Counted from the first letter of the stretch, positions 39,187 to 48,401 are shown. The stretch: DNA of 61,313 nt from a virus (IMGVR_UViG_3300046695_000002:1-61313); one strand, 5' to 3'. The notes: generated from the sequence alone by a model not told the origin. Translations and numbers: made by a program.

Positions 39187-40996
39187 CTGCCCACGAAGCT
39201 CCATTGGAGGGTTCTACTAGCTTGTTTAGGGTTCGCGCATGCGGCACTAATTCAGTATAGGCTTCAGTCATTGCCTTAGTTATCCTCTTTGTAACCTCTT
39301 CTACATCCGGTCCTTTAGCTTCCACTACTATTTCATCGTGTACAGAAAGAAGCATACGGGCAGAGGTATCTTGAAGTGTTTGCTTAGTTTTAAGCAAAGC
39401 CAGTAACATCGCCTCAGCGCAGCCGGCCTGCACAGGCATGTTGAGCGCAGCTCCAAAATATGTTTCTTCGGTTAACTTCCGGCTTTTGCCCATAGGAGAG
39501 TAAGCAGTGTAGCGACGTAAAGGGCACGTCTCTATTTGTTCTAGTTGCCACCTACGTAATCCACTATACAGGTTACGGTAGCCCGAAATAAGATCCTTAG
39601 ATTCTTCTTCTGTAACCTCAACTCCGTAACCTTTTTTTGCATGCTTTGAGAACTTTTTGTAAGACAAGCCATAGGACAAGCCGAGCGCTAAACTTTTACC
39701 AATCTGCCTTTCTTCTTTCGTAACTTGCTCAATAGATTTATGCAGGATATTAGCTACGGTGTACTTGTAGATATCAAGTCCTTGCTCAAACGCTCGCAGC
39801 ATCCTTTCATCTTGAGATAGCTCGGCTATATAGCGAATTTCCACGGCACTGTAGTCTGCTACAACCATCACATAACCTGGTGAAGGTACGAATATAGATC
39901 GTATTTCTTTACTGCGAGGCATTTGAGTTAAGTTTGGCTCAGAACAAGATAATCTTCCAGTACGAGCCCCGGCTACTCTATAACTACAGTGGATCTTGCC
40001 TGTTGCAGGATTAACCTTAGACAATAGATTCATCCCGAATGAAGTGGTGAGTTTTTGGAGTTTCTTGTAGCGAGAAAAAGGTTTTACGATTTCAAGATAA
40101 TCAAAATCAGAAAAAGTATCAGCACTAGTAGAAAGTCTTTCACCACTTTCAGTACATGGCCAAATACTTAAAGTTTCATGAGGAAGAGAATCCTCTAACC
40201 ACTTAGCTACTTTCGCATCAGTGATCTGTTTAAGGCCGGTTAGGTTAAGAACTTCATCGGCAGCGTCTTTTAGCTCCTCTCTCCAACGAATGACATTAAT
40301 ACGATGCTGCTTTTCATCGACAGTTATTCCGTTTAATTCCATCTCTGAAATAACTAGCTGAGCTTTTCTGTACAAATCATACACCTTTCTTAGTTTGAGT
40401 TTATCGATATAATCACTAAGCTTTTTATAGAGCTCCATGAGAACTATTACGTCCATGGCAGCGTATTTAATTTGCTCAAAGGTAAGATCAGGAATAGACC
40501 AGTCAGTTACGCCGGCCTTTTTATTGATCTCTTCACCAAAGAAAGCTTTGATCACAGAGCCTAAGTCAGCTTTCTTATCCTCTGGAAAGATGGCATGAAA
40601 GACCATGCGAGCCATGATGCAAGTACAGTGCAAGTCAGGTGTTGCGACATTGTGATGAACTTTAAGTTGCTTAAAGTCAAACGTAGCGTTATGGAAGACA
40701 GACGGACGGTTATGAAACAATGGAGCCAGATCGAGAGGACCAGTGGCAAATAGGTCCATGACTACAGCACCCGTGCCTGTAAAAAGCTGTAGTAATCTAG
40801 GACGAGCCAGGAAAGGCGAAAGAGCAGCTCTACCAATATGCTTCCATTCTGGTAGAGCCGCAGTTTCTAGGTCAGCTGCAAAGACAGTTTCTTTCTGAAC
40901 GAGTTGATCAATGACTTCTAAAGCTCTTTTCCTGGAAGAGACGTAGAAACAAGGGTAAGATTTTTCCTGAAAACTGACAGTGAACTGGTCAATCAT
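39173..40996 (-). CDS. polA: family A DNA polymerase with 3'-5' exonuclease
   Basis: Exonuclease motifs DLET, HNATFD and YAAMD; TGRLS..PN; motif A DYSAVEIR; motif B RQIGKSLALGLSYG; motif C VHDE. Confidence 0.95.
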   Translation of the reverse strand: MIDQFTVSFQEKSYPCFYVSSRKRALEVIDQLVQKETVFAADLETAALPEWKHIGRAALSPFLARPRLLQLFTGTGAVVMDLFATGPLDLAPLFHNRPSVFHNATFDFKQLKVHHNVATPDLHCTCIMARMVFHAIFPEDKKADLGSVIKAFFGEEINKKAGVTDWSIPDLTFEQIKYAAMDVIVLMELYKKLSDYIDKLKLRKVYDLYRKAQLVISEMELNGITVDEKQHRINVIRWREELKDAADEVLNLTGLKQITDAKVAKWLEDSLPHETLSIWPCTESGERLSTSADTFSDFDYLEIVKPFSRYKKLQKLTTSFGMNLLSKVNPATGKIHCSYRVAGARTGRLSCSEPNLTQMPRSKEIRSIFVPSPGYVMVVADYSAVEIRYIAELSQDERMLRAFEQGLDIYKYTVANILHKSIEQVTKEERQIGKSLALGLSYGLSYKKFSKHAKKGYGVEVTEEESKDLISGYRNLYSGLRRWQLEQIETCPLRRYTAYSPMGKSRKLTEETYFGAALNMPVQAGCAEAMLLALLKTKQTLQDTSARMLLSVHDEIVVEAKGPDVEEVTKRITKAMTEAYTELVPHARTLNKLVEPSNGASWADAKN

Positions 40997-41002
40997 TACT
41001 TT

Positions 41003-41031
41003 AGTACAGCAGAAGTATCAAAATTTGTCAA
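41003..41031 (-). promoter_or_regulatory. sigma70-like promoter, probably giving a leaderless polA mRNA
   Basis: TTGACA-17 nt-TGTACT-6 nt-ATG; no Shine-Dalgarno. Confidence 0.5.
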
Positions 41032-41033
41032 CT

Positions 41034-41708
41034 TTATGTTGACAAGACTTGCCTGCCGATAGGTACGCAAGCCTCCCCTTCCTGCTTCATAAGGTATTCT
41101 AGATCATTATAGGATATCTTACAGTCACCATTCACTCCCCAAGCGGGGCCCCAGCTGTTCCTAAGAATAATGAACTTTCCGACTACATTTACGCCGCGAG
41201 CTAGAATACAATGACCACCGGCTAATGATCCTGATACATGAATGAAGCCTTCCTTATCTGGCTCGTACATCTTATCATACCAAGCAATGCCTAGAACTAC
41301 CGGTCCTTGATAGCCGAGAGTGGCTACTATTTCTTCAATACTGAATGCCCATTTATAGGAATGAATTGCGTCAGGATACATAGCTTGAACAGCTTTAATG
41401 CCAGCTATTACTGAAGTTCCAGAATAATCTTGTCCTGGCCATTGATCTAAAGTTTGAGCTTTCTTATAGACAGCAAATGCAGAGTCATAATTAATATTAG
41501 GAATAACACTAGGACGAGCAGCTAGTTCGTGACTCCAACCAAACCCAACACAACTCCCTTGATCCTTTTGATCAAGTGTTATTCCACATGCCCATCTATA
41601 TGAACGTGGCCTAACTGCCCGGCCTGGAAGGATAGCTGTAATTCTATGCTCTTTGGATCTAGGATCGAACTCAATGAGCCGGCCTAGTCTAGGGTCTTTA
41701 TTTGACAT
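41034..41708 (-). CDS. papain-like (C1) cysteine peptidase
   Basis: DQKDQGSCVGF (oxyanion Gln and catalytic Cys), GGHCI and RNSWGPAWG..G; start re-called to MSNKD. Confidence 0.88.
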   Translation of the reverse strand: MSNKDPRLGRLIEFDPRSKEHRITAILPGRAVRPRSYRWACGITLDQKDQGSCVGFGWSHELAARPSVIPNINYDSAFAVYKKAQTLDQWPGQDYSGTSVIAGIKAVQAMYPDAIHSYKWAFSIEEIVATLGYQGPVVLGIAWYDKMYEPDKEGFIHVSGSLAGGHCILARGVNVVGKFIILRNSWGPAWGVNGDCKISYNDLEYLMKQEGEACVPIGRQVLST

Positions 41709-41892
41709 ACGTAACCGTGTGAGTACCAAAAGGTAGTGCTAATACACCGAAGATGCCCAATATAATAACAATTACTAGAATAACCAGTACTACGTAGATC
41801 AACTGCTTTATTTTTGGGTCTATCTGCAAAGGCATTAAAGGAAGAAGAACACCTACAACTAAAAGAAATATCAATAATCCGATTAGGCTCAT
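41698..41892 (-). CDS. small two-TM membrane protein (Thivi_2564-like)
   Basis: Two hydrophobic helices separated by IDPKIKQLI; RBS AGGAG. Confidence 0.7.
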   Translation of the reverse strand: MSLIGLLIFLLVVGVLLPLMPLQIDPKIKQLIYVVLVILVIVIILGIFGVLALPFGTHTVTYVK

Positions 41893-41904
41893 GTATTAGT
41901 CTCC

Positions 41905-42129
41905 TTATTCTAGTGCGTTCTCTCTTTTAAGATCCCACAACTGATCTCGTACTCTTTGAAGAACTGCCATTACTTCTTCAGGGAATTCTCCGTGCTTGAG
42001 CATATTACGGAGATTGATATCCAAGTCATCTACTACACCTTTCCAGTGAACTGCCTTACGCATGAGATCTATCTCAGCTATGGCTTCGTAGTCTCCTGTA
42101 TCATACTCAAAAGTCATTACAGCTTTCAT
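41905..42129 (-). CDS. hypothetical protein
   Basis: Coupled ORF in the - strand operon. Confidence 0.65.
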   Translation of the reverse strand: MKAVMTFEYDTGDYEAIAEIDLMRKAVHWKGVVDDLDINLRNMLKHGEFPEEVMAVLQRVRDQLWDLKRENALE

Positions 42130-42278
42130 TTTTTCTTTTTCTTGGCTTTACTTTTACCTTCAGCACCAGTTAGTTTGCCTTCATTGATCATGGCGTAGAA
42201 GACTGATTTTCCTTTTTTTGCTCCATACTGCTTAGACATTGTCTTCATGACTTTAGTTCCCTTAGCTGTGAGCGGCAT
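42126..42278 (-). CDS. 50-aa basic phage protein (MPLTxKG...YG.KKG..VFYA type)
   Basis: Own translation: MPLTAKGTKVMKTMSKQYGAKKGKSVFYAMINEGKLTGAEGKSKAKKKKK; RBS AGGAG; ATGA overlap downstream. Confidence 0.75.
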   Translation of the reverse strand: MPLTAKGTKVMKTMSKQYGAKKGKSVFYAMINEGKLTGAEGKSKAKKKKK

Positions 42279-42492
42279 GATCTTCTCCTAAAGAAATAGC
42301 TTCTAATTTATATTTAACTTTCAAATACCCTTTTTCTGTGAAGGTAATGTTTAGCACAATAATAACAGAAGGCTCTCGACGATAAGGTGGTTCTTCAAAT
42401 AAAGGCTCTATAGTATGCGGAGATGCCTCTATAGAAACTATGTCTTCAGCACTTATGCCATCTATTTTTAAATGGTGTTCATACCTTCTCAT
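42262..42492 (-). CDS. hypothetical protein
   Basis: ATGA-coupled ORF. Confidence 0.55.
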   Translation of the reverse strand: MRRYEHHLKIDGISAEDIVSIEASPHTIEPLFEEPPYRREPSVIIVLNITFTEKGYLKVKYKLEAISLGEDHAAHS

Positions 42493-42911
42493 TTAGTTTC
42501 CTTATTCTCCCAGTAGCGGCCACCTAGTACTCTAGTGATCCAATAAAAAGGCTGCACAAAAATCCTAAGCCAACTGCCTTCTGTCGCTTTCAACTCATTT
42601 TCTCTAAGATAAGCGTCTGCCTCTTCCCTTGTATGATAAGCTTGGTAAGAAGGGCAAGAGTACATAAAATCATGTACTTTAGCAGGAGCATCTAGGACAG
42701 TGCCTTGAGGAAAAACAAAAGGCCAAACTCCTATCCTAGATATTTTATCCACCATATTAGCATCTTCAGCAAAGGCGTATTCGCAACCATCTTTATCATA
42801 AAATCGGTCATTTGTTGCACGAGTAACTTCGATGATACCTGTTTTAAATGCTAGGTAGCGAACATCAGATTTACCATCAAACCCAAGCTTATTAGTCAGT
42901 TCATTCTTCAC
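42489..42911 (-). CDS. DUF1353-like protein
   Basis: VHDFMY...TREEAD...FYWITRVLG pattern. Confidence 0.6.
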   Translation of the reverse strand: MKNELTNKLGFDGKSDVRYLAFKTGIIEVTRATNDRFYDKDGCEYAFAEDANMVDKISRIGVWPFVFPQGTVLDAPAKVHDFMYSCPSYQAYHTREEADAYLRENELKATEGSWLRIFVQPFYWITRVLGGRYWENKETK

Positions 42912-43348
42912 GGTCTTACTAGCCTTGGCATATACGTAACCAGTATAGAAGGAAAGGTAGCACTGGCTGCTCCACCGTCGAATTTAATCCGGCCCTGGAT
43001 AGGTAAGATGGTAGCATATCCGGCTACTGATTCATGGAACCATCTAGTGTCAGACCTATTAGGTACGAGGCATTCTATTAGAATATTGTGCTCAGTATAC
43101 TCAGATAAACATTTAGCCATCCAGTTTCTTATATCTGAATAAGGCGGATTAACGAATACCTTTTCACCTGCCCAGGATTTAGATAGACCGTCATCTTCTT
43201 TAGTATAGAACTTAGGTAGCTTAGCGTTAACAGCACTAGCGCAAGGATCTAAAGTAAACCAATATAAGGCATGGCGTTGATTGAATAACCAGAAAGGGGT
43301 TCCATATTCATCAGACTCAGAAGAGGTGAGAACATCGTGCCCCTTCAC
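42908..43348 (-). CDS. phage DNA N6-adenine methyltransferase
   Basis: DEYGTP, FTLDPCAS..NAK, DDGL..W, VFVNPPYS, P.RSDTRWFH, GRIKF; start re-called to GTG 43348. Confidence 0.88.
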   Translation of the reverse strand: MKGHDVLTSSESDEYGTPFWLFNQRHALYWFTLDPCASAVNAKLPKFYTKEDDGLSKSWAGEKVFVNPPYSDIRNWMAKCLSEYTEHNILIECLVPNRSDTRWFHESVAGYATILPIQGRIKFDGGAASATFPSILVTYMPRLVRP

Positions 43349-43352
43349 AGTA

Positions 43353-44432
43353 TTACCCCAGTAAAGCGTACAGATCAGCACCTGGCGTAGTAGTAATAGT
43401 TACGTCAAAGGAATTGATCATGAGGCCCAAAAGATACCGGCGAGTAGTCGTATCTGTCCATGAGCCGGTTCCTGATGGATCTTTAGCTGTAGTCGCATAG
43501 ACAGCTTGACCACCAGGAACAGTGTCCATTTGAGGAGCTGTTGAAACGTCAAAATACTGAACTATTACGTTACCTGTTGAAGCTCCTTCGACAGCTAATC
43601 GATAAGTTGTAGCTGGAAGAAGTGTAGCGTCACTTAGAAATTTAATGAAGAAAATTGTTGCTCCAGCGTAGACGCCTACAGTACCTATCCAATCAATAGT
43701 AGCTAATGGACTTACTCCATCTGAATCGTATAAATTAATATTGAAGTTTGCGTCGGCTGCACTACAGTTTAAATACACCCAAGCCCCATTAGCCGTACAG
43801 CCAAAAGGAACTTGAAATCTAATGCCCGCACAATCAGGCGTAGTCGCCGAAGTAATGGTAGTGGTAGATAACGCACTAGCCGGCCATACTCCAGCTACTT
43901 CACCGTAAGACCCGTCATCGTATTCGATCGAAATTACCGGTGCTTTAGTGGCTTTAGTCCAAGTAGTTCCATTATAGCTAGAGACATACGGGAAATCTTT
44001 TGGATTCCCACCTTCAGTAGTAAAGGAATTTACCTGACAACTTGTTACAATAGCTGTTGGATTGATTACAATAGCCACTGGCTGACTAGCTGTTACGGCA
44101 GCATCAGCAGTCATGGTAACTAAGTTAAAACTAGCTGAAGTAGGATTTGTAAGGGTGCCGTTAGTGGTAGTTCCTACTAAAGTTCCGGTAGGATTTCCTG
44201 TAGTAGTGTCTACAGTTTCTAGCCTTACATCTAGAGTTACAGCTCCCGAAACCGTACCTATTCTTACTCCAAGCTTACGTACGTTGCCTGCTTTTGGGAG
44301 TTGGAAAATTTGAGCTGCTCTATGCGTCGTAGCAGTTAAGGTAGATAGAACTGAATAGGCAACGTTACCGGCTGTACCGACTAAGGGGCAACGTGGAAAG
44401 AAAATAGATCCTTTGAATTTCTGAGCCGTCAT
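43353..44432 (-). CDS. beta-rich adhesin/structural-like protein (paralog A)
   Basis: T/S/G-rich; aligns end to end with 44434-45516. Confidence 0.75.
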   Translation of the reverse strand: MTAQKFKGSIFFPRCPLVGTAGNVAYSVLSTLTATTHRAAQIFQLPKAGNVRKLGVRIGTVSGAVTLDVRLETVDTTTGNPTGTLVGTTTNGTLTNPTSASFNLVTMTADAAVTASQPVAIVINPTAIVTSCQVNSFTTEGGNPKDFPYVSSYNGTTWTKATKAPVISIEYDDGSYGEVAGVWPASALSTTTITSATTPDCAGIRFQVPFGCTANGAWVYLNCSAADANFNINLYDSDGVSPLATIDWIGTVGVYAGATIFFIKFLSDATLLPATTYRLAVEGASTGNVIVQYFDVSTAPQMDTVPGGQAVYATTAKDPSGTGSWTDTTTRRYLLGLMINSFDVTITTTPGADLYALLG

Positions 44433-44433
44433 A

Positions 44434-45516
44434 TTAATCCATGATCGGAATATTCATACCAGGCAACACTACTGTAATAGCGTCCCCAATGCCTTGGACT
44501 CTTAAGCCTATTGCAGCTCGTCTAGTACTCAATCGAGTCCAAGAACTATCTGAAGAAGGATCTTTAGCTGAGACGTAAATGAAGTTACCTCCTCCAGACA
44601 AAACATCTATTAATCCAGAAGGTACATCATAAGTTTGAACTATCACGTTACCTGTGGAAGATCCTTCAATAGCCAGCATGTAATTAGTGTTGCCAAGAAG
44701 AGTAGGTGTGCGATCTAAAGTAAGGTAAAAGATCCCTGCAATTGTACCACCATGAATTGCGCCACTATGGGCATAAGCTGCTATGTCAGTATGTCCATCT
44801 GAATCGTATAACTTAACATTAAAGTTAGCGTTAGCAGCTGTACAGTCAAGCCAAACCCAGACGCCTATAATTTTGTAATCAAAAGGAAGATTACATTGTA
44901 CGCCTACGCAATCAGGATCTGTTGCGGATGTAATTGTAACGGATGTTACAGCGGATATAGGCCAAGCACCTGGAATAGCTTCTACCGATCCATCATCATA
45001 CTCAAGATGCATGAGTGGAGAAGAGGCTGTTTTAGTCCAACTAGTATTAGGATTATTAGCAACGTAAGGAAAATCCCTAGTACCATTACCGCCTTCATCA
45101 GAGAAGTCTTGAATGACAATCGAAGGACTTCCAGAACCAGACAAGAAAGCTATGACTATAGCTAATAGCTGCCCTTGAGTGACAGCAGCATCAGCAGTTA
45201 AGGTAGTAGTATAATAGATATTAGAAGCAACTAACTGAGAACCATTCGTATTAGTTCCGACTAATGTGCCGGTGGGTAAGCCGGTAGATCTATCTAGTGA
45301 TTCTAATCTAACATCTACTGTAGGCTCAGTTCCAGAGACAGCACCGGCTCTAAAGCCGATCTTACGGACATTACCGGCTTTAGGAGCTTGAATGATCTTA
45401 GCATTCTTAAAGCCAGAAGCTGTAAGAGTACTAGTACTACCTAGAGTTGCAATACCAGCTATACCTACGGGAGGTCTAGGTAGATCAAAGGCACCCTTAA
45501 TCGAATTTAAGGTCAT
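44434..45516 (-). CDS. beta-rich adhesin/structural-like protein (paralog B)
   Basis: Shared PKAGNVRK, DVRLE, TADAAVT, EGGN..DFPYV, EYDDGS, ANFN..LYDSDG and STGNVIVQ motifs. Confidence 0.75.
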   Translation of the reverse strand: MTLNSIKGAFDLPRPPVGIAGIATLGSTSTLTASGFKNAKIIQAPKAGNVRKIGFRAGAVSGTEPTVDVRLESLDRSTGLPTGTLVGTNTNGSQLVASNIYYTTTLTADAAVTQGQLLAIVIAFLSGSGSPSIVIQDFSDEGGNGTRDFPYVANNPNTSWTKTASSPLMHLEYDDGSVEAIPGAWPISAVTSVTITSATDPDCVGVQCNLPFDYKIIGVWVWLDCTAANANFNVKLYDSDGHTDIAAYAHSGAIHGGTIAGIFYLTLDRTPTLLGNTNYMLAIEGSSTGNVIVQTYDVPSGLIDVLSGGGNFIYVSAKDPSSDSSWTRLSTRRAAIGLRVQGIGDAITVVLPGMNIPIMD

Positions 45517-45905
45517 ACTTCATGCCCATAATCATCAAGAAGGACGTACTCAACAGTCCAGTGAACTTCACCAGCAGCGTTAGTATTAATGTAAAGAGCT
45601 GTATTGGCGGTCAACTTCCATCTGCCACATACAATAGGGCCTAACTTATCGATACGTTCTATACTGTCTCTTAAAGGCTCACCAAACCTATGACCAAAAG
45701 GCTTTCCTTGAGGCAGATAATCAAGAAATCTTAATGCACCGGCTACTCCATCTCGCCAAGCAACTTTAGTAGCCGTAGCTCCAGCATTCGTAGCAAAGAT
45801 ATAAACCACAGCTATATACTTGTTAGCCCCAGGCGCCGGGACAGCTATGGTATCAGTAGCAGTTGTGATCGGAGAAGCATCAGAAGAACGAAGTGTGATA
45901 TCCAT
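45513..45905 (-). CDS. small beta-sandwich protein related to the 9365/9814 pair
   Basis: APGANKYIAV...W.LTANTAL.I versus APGAGKKIVV...WFETLANQALVI. Confidence 0.65.
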   Translation of the reverse strand: MDITLRSSDASPITTATDTIAVPAPGANKYIAVVYIFATNAGATATKVAWRDGVAGALRFLDYLPQGKPFGHRFGEPLRDSIERIDKLGPIVCGRWKLTANTALYINTNAAGEVHWTVEYVLLDDYGHEV

Positions 45906-45917
45906 TTAAAGCTCTCC

Positions 45918-47378
45918 TTAGTCTGAGATAGCTACTTCATAGATTTCCGTAGCATTCCAGGGTAGTGCAGTCCAAGTCAGGGTTTTTCTATCGTTAGTAA
46001 GAGAAGTAGAAGTGAGATAAGGGAAAGGATTTCTTACTTTACCGCGCATGTTGTAAACGATCTCATTTGCAGAAGAGATAGTACCTGGAAGTGCTTTGCC
46101 GTTTATCCCGATAATAAGGAGTTTACCTTTATACGCCCAAGTGCCTGCATAGGACTCACTTGGCATGATTAAAGGAGTGAACTCTCCATACTTAAAGTAG
46201 TTCACCATGTAATCGATCTCGGCATTGCACCGTCTGACGGCTAATTGAAGTGTTGAGTTAGTAGTTAGATTATTCTCTTCAGAGAGGCCGGCCTCTCTAT
46301 AAACCCAATCAGCCCAGGCATACGCCATGAAGCCACTAGCCTTGCCTGATAAGAGTCCTTGATAAAGAATGTTTCGGTAATGAGTTTCTGTTAAAGCTGA
46401 TGGGATAGGATGGTAATTAGCACCGGCTGAATTACAGTAGGTAGTATAGTTTCCTATTCGTTTAGTAACACCACTAGCTACCCACTCTTCGCAATTATAC
46501 CACTTAAACATCTGGTTATTAATGAGAGTAGCAGAATTACCAACCATATTAGGTTTCTGCACCTTTACCATTTCAGTAGTAGTGCTAGCTAAACTGGAAT
46601 AAGTTTCTCCAACAACTGTCATGACTACAGCATTATTAACGTCTATGGCAGCACCGCTAATAGTTACGTGAGTTGCGTCAGGAAGGGCTGTAATATTGCG
46701 CTCTACAACTACACTAGTGGTTTGAATGCTGACTTTCTCACCAAGTTGTACGGTATAGCCTGAATTGACAGTTATATTAGTTACGCCTGTTTGATTGCCA
46801 TTTACCGTAGCTGTTCTGGCACTGTCTGCAGCCGAGTAGACCATTGGATATCGTTGGTAAGCAACTATATCCCAGTCACCAGTCTTGGCTTCCATATTAG
46901 AGGTACCGCCCGAGGCGTATACTAAGCGATTAGGGTACCGGCGCTTTAGTTCTTTATAGCGATTGTTAACAGCCACAAAGGATTGGTTCTGAACGTCGTC
47001 GTAGCTGTAAAATCCCATGCAGCCCGGATGCTCGCCATAGTAGTCAAAGCAAGCTAAATAACCACCTGGATCATTATTAGCTACAATGACGTTAATGCCT
47101 CGATAGTGGCATTGAGATATGAACTTATCGTCATGAGATTCTAAAGCATCGTCAAAATTAGTTATCTTTAAAGGAGCTTGAATAACATTAAAGCCAACGT
47201 TTTTAATTCTATCCACAGCCGAGAAACGAGCTAGCCGAGTAGCATCATCGTAAATAGCTGGGTAATGAACGCCTTTTATAAATACCTTTTCTCCATCCCT
47301 AAGAACCCAGCCGTCTTTTACTTCCCAGTGATACTGCTTAAAACCAGTACCACCCTCTTTGATATTAAAAGATGACAT
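45918..47378 (-). CDS. glycoside hydrolase-like protein with inserted beta domain
   Basis: DGEKVFIKGVHY, GFNVIQ, GFYSYDD and DIVAYQRYP TIM-barrel GH pattern; T/V-rich ~80-aa insert. Confidence 0.6.
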   Translation of the reverse strand: MSSFNIKEGGTGFKQYHWEVKDGWVLRDGEKVFIKGVHYPAIYDDATRLARFSAVDRIKNVGFNVIQAPLKITNFDDALESHDDKFISQCHYRGINVIVANNDPGGYLACFDYYGEHPGCMGFYSYDDVQNQSFVAVNNRYKELKRRYPNRLVYASGGTSNMEAKTGDWDIVAYQRYPMVYSAADSARTATVNGNQTGVTNITVNSGYTVQLGEKVSIQTTSVVVERNITALPDATHVTISGAAIDVNNAVVMTVVGETYSSLASTTTEMVKVQKPNMVGNSATLINNQMFKWYNCEEWVASGVTKRIGNYTTYCNSAGANYHPIPSALTETHYRNILYQGLLSGKASGFMAYAWADWVYREAGLSEENNLTTNSTLQLAVRRCNAEIDYMVNYFKYGEFTPLIMPSESYAGTWAYKGKLLIIGINGKALPGTISSANEIVYNMRGKVRNPFPYLTSTSLTNDRKTLTWTALPWNATEIYEVAISD

Positions 47379-47573
47379 TTATGTCTCCTGCTGTTTGTTC
47401 CAGCCTTCGATGGCTTCCTCACGAGTCCGGTACTTAGGTTCTGTGGAGTGTAAACGCGGGCAGTCAGGATTAATACAATCCACTACGTACTCAATACGTA
47501 CTTCCCGGCTGTCTGTAGGCCAGATGTGAATTTGAGCTAAACTGCCGCAACGTTTACAGCGTTTGAGTTCCAT
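47379..47573 (-). CDS. Lar-like restriction alleviation Zn-finger protein
   Basis: ELKRCKRCG...C....C...TREEAIEGWN pattern. Confidence 0.65.
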   Translation of the reverse strand: MELKRCKRCGSLAQIHIWPTDSREVRIEYVVDCINPDCPRLHSTEPKYRTREEAIEGWNKQQET

Positions 47574-47872
47574 TAAGGCTTGGTCGCTTCTTGAGCTTGG
47601 ACATCTATGCCCTCAGCTTCATCGGCTTTTTCGCTAACGAGGGTGAGGATTTGATCTAGATCGGCTTCTGAAATAACGCCACCACTAGCAATCTGATCGC
47701 GCAATGCCACGATAGTTTCTTTAATTGCAGTGAGTTGGACTTTAGTATCCCCTTGAGCCGCGGTAATACGATCAACGGCTGCTTCAAAATCTGTCTTACT
47801 TACCATTACAGTACCCTCCAATAACCAATTTCTTAAAGATCTCCGGATTTTCCGAAGTATACAGTGGATCAT
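47573..47872 (-). CDS. hypothetical coiled-coil protein
   Basis: Coupled ORF. Confidence 0.6.
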   Translation of the reverse strand: MIHCILRKIRRSLRNWLLEGTVMVSKTDFEAAVDRITAAQGDTKVQLTAIKETIVALRDQIASGGVISEADLDQILTLVSEKADEAEGIDVQAQEATKP

Positions 47873-48261
47873 TTTACTCTCAAGTTCCCTGGCTCGTTAG
47901 GTGGCCAGGCCAAAGTAGGTATAGGCACAGCTTGGATAACCAGAGCATTAGAGTAATCACTCTGTAAACCACCTTTATCTATAGCTGTAACTTCCCAAGC
48001 GTAGTTTTGATTGGTCTGCATTGTGACAGAAGCTAGGTTAGTAGGATAGGGAATTACTTTGTACAGAGTACGTTTATTGTAGAGCCGGCTCTCTTTTAGA
48101 TCTCCGGCTGCTAGAGGCTCACCAGTATAAGTTGGAACCGGTGTTTGACCCGGGGCAGCAGTAGGTACAGGTGGAGCTAACCTAGAAGTAGGGTGATCCC
48201 AAATGAGGGTATCGGCTTTGACTGAGATAGGAATCAGAAGACAAAGAAATACTCTTTTCAT
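47869..48261 (-). CDS. signal-peptide-bearing fibronectin type III-like protein
   Basis: MKRVFLCLLIPISVKA|DTLIWDHP; Y.WEVTAID..G.QSDYSN; C-terminal PNEPGNLRV. Confidence 0.75.
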   Translation of the reverse strand: MKRVFLCLLIPISVKADTLIWDHPTSRLAPPVPTAAPGQTPVPTYTGEPLAAGDLKESRLYNKRTLYKVIPYPTNLASVTMQTNQNYAWEVTAIDKGGLQSDYSNALVIQAVPIPTLAWPPNEPGNLRVK

Positions 48262-48401
48262 ATCCCTTGGAGATATGGAGGAAGTTTGTCCTCTGGAATT
48301 GTAGCCTTTTGCATTTCAAGAGGACTGATCTCTCTAGGCTCTTCTCTAGGAGCTTCAGTAGACATCTCTTTAGGAGTTTCTTCGTTCTCTTCATCAACCA
48401 T
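48258..48401 (-). CDS. 47-aa acidic microprotein
   Basis: Own translation: MVDEENEETPKEMSTEAPREEPREISPLEMQKATIPEDKLPPYLQGI; ATGA overlap with the next gene. Confidence 0.55.
   Translation of the reverse strand: MVDEENEETPKEMSTEAPREEPREISPLEMQKATIPEDKLPPYLQGI

Noticed and set aside
38404-40996. Group I intron or intein in polA
   Set aside because: The polymerase ORF is continuous with all motifs at normal spacing; the HNH gene lies after it
43353-45516. Diversity-generating retroelement template/variable repeat pair
   Set aside because: The paralogs differ throughout, not just at adenines, and no reverse transcriptase is present
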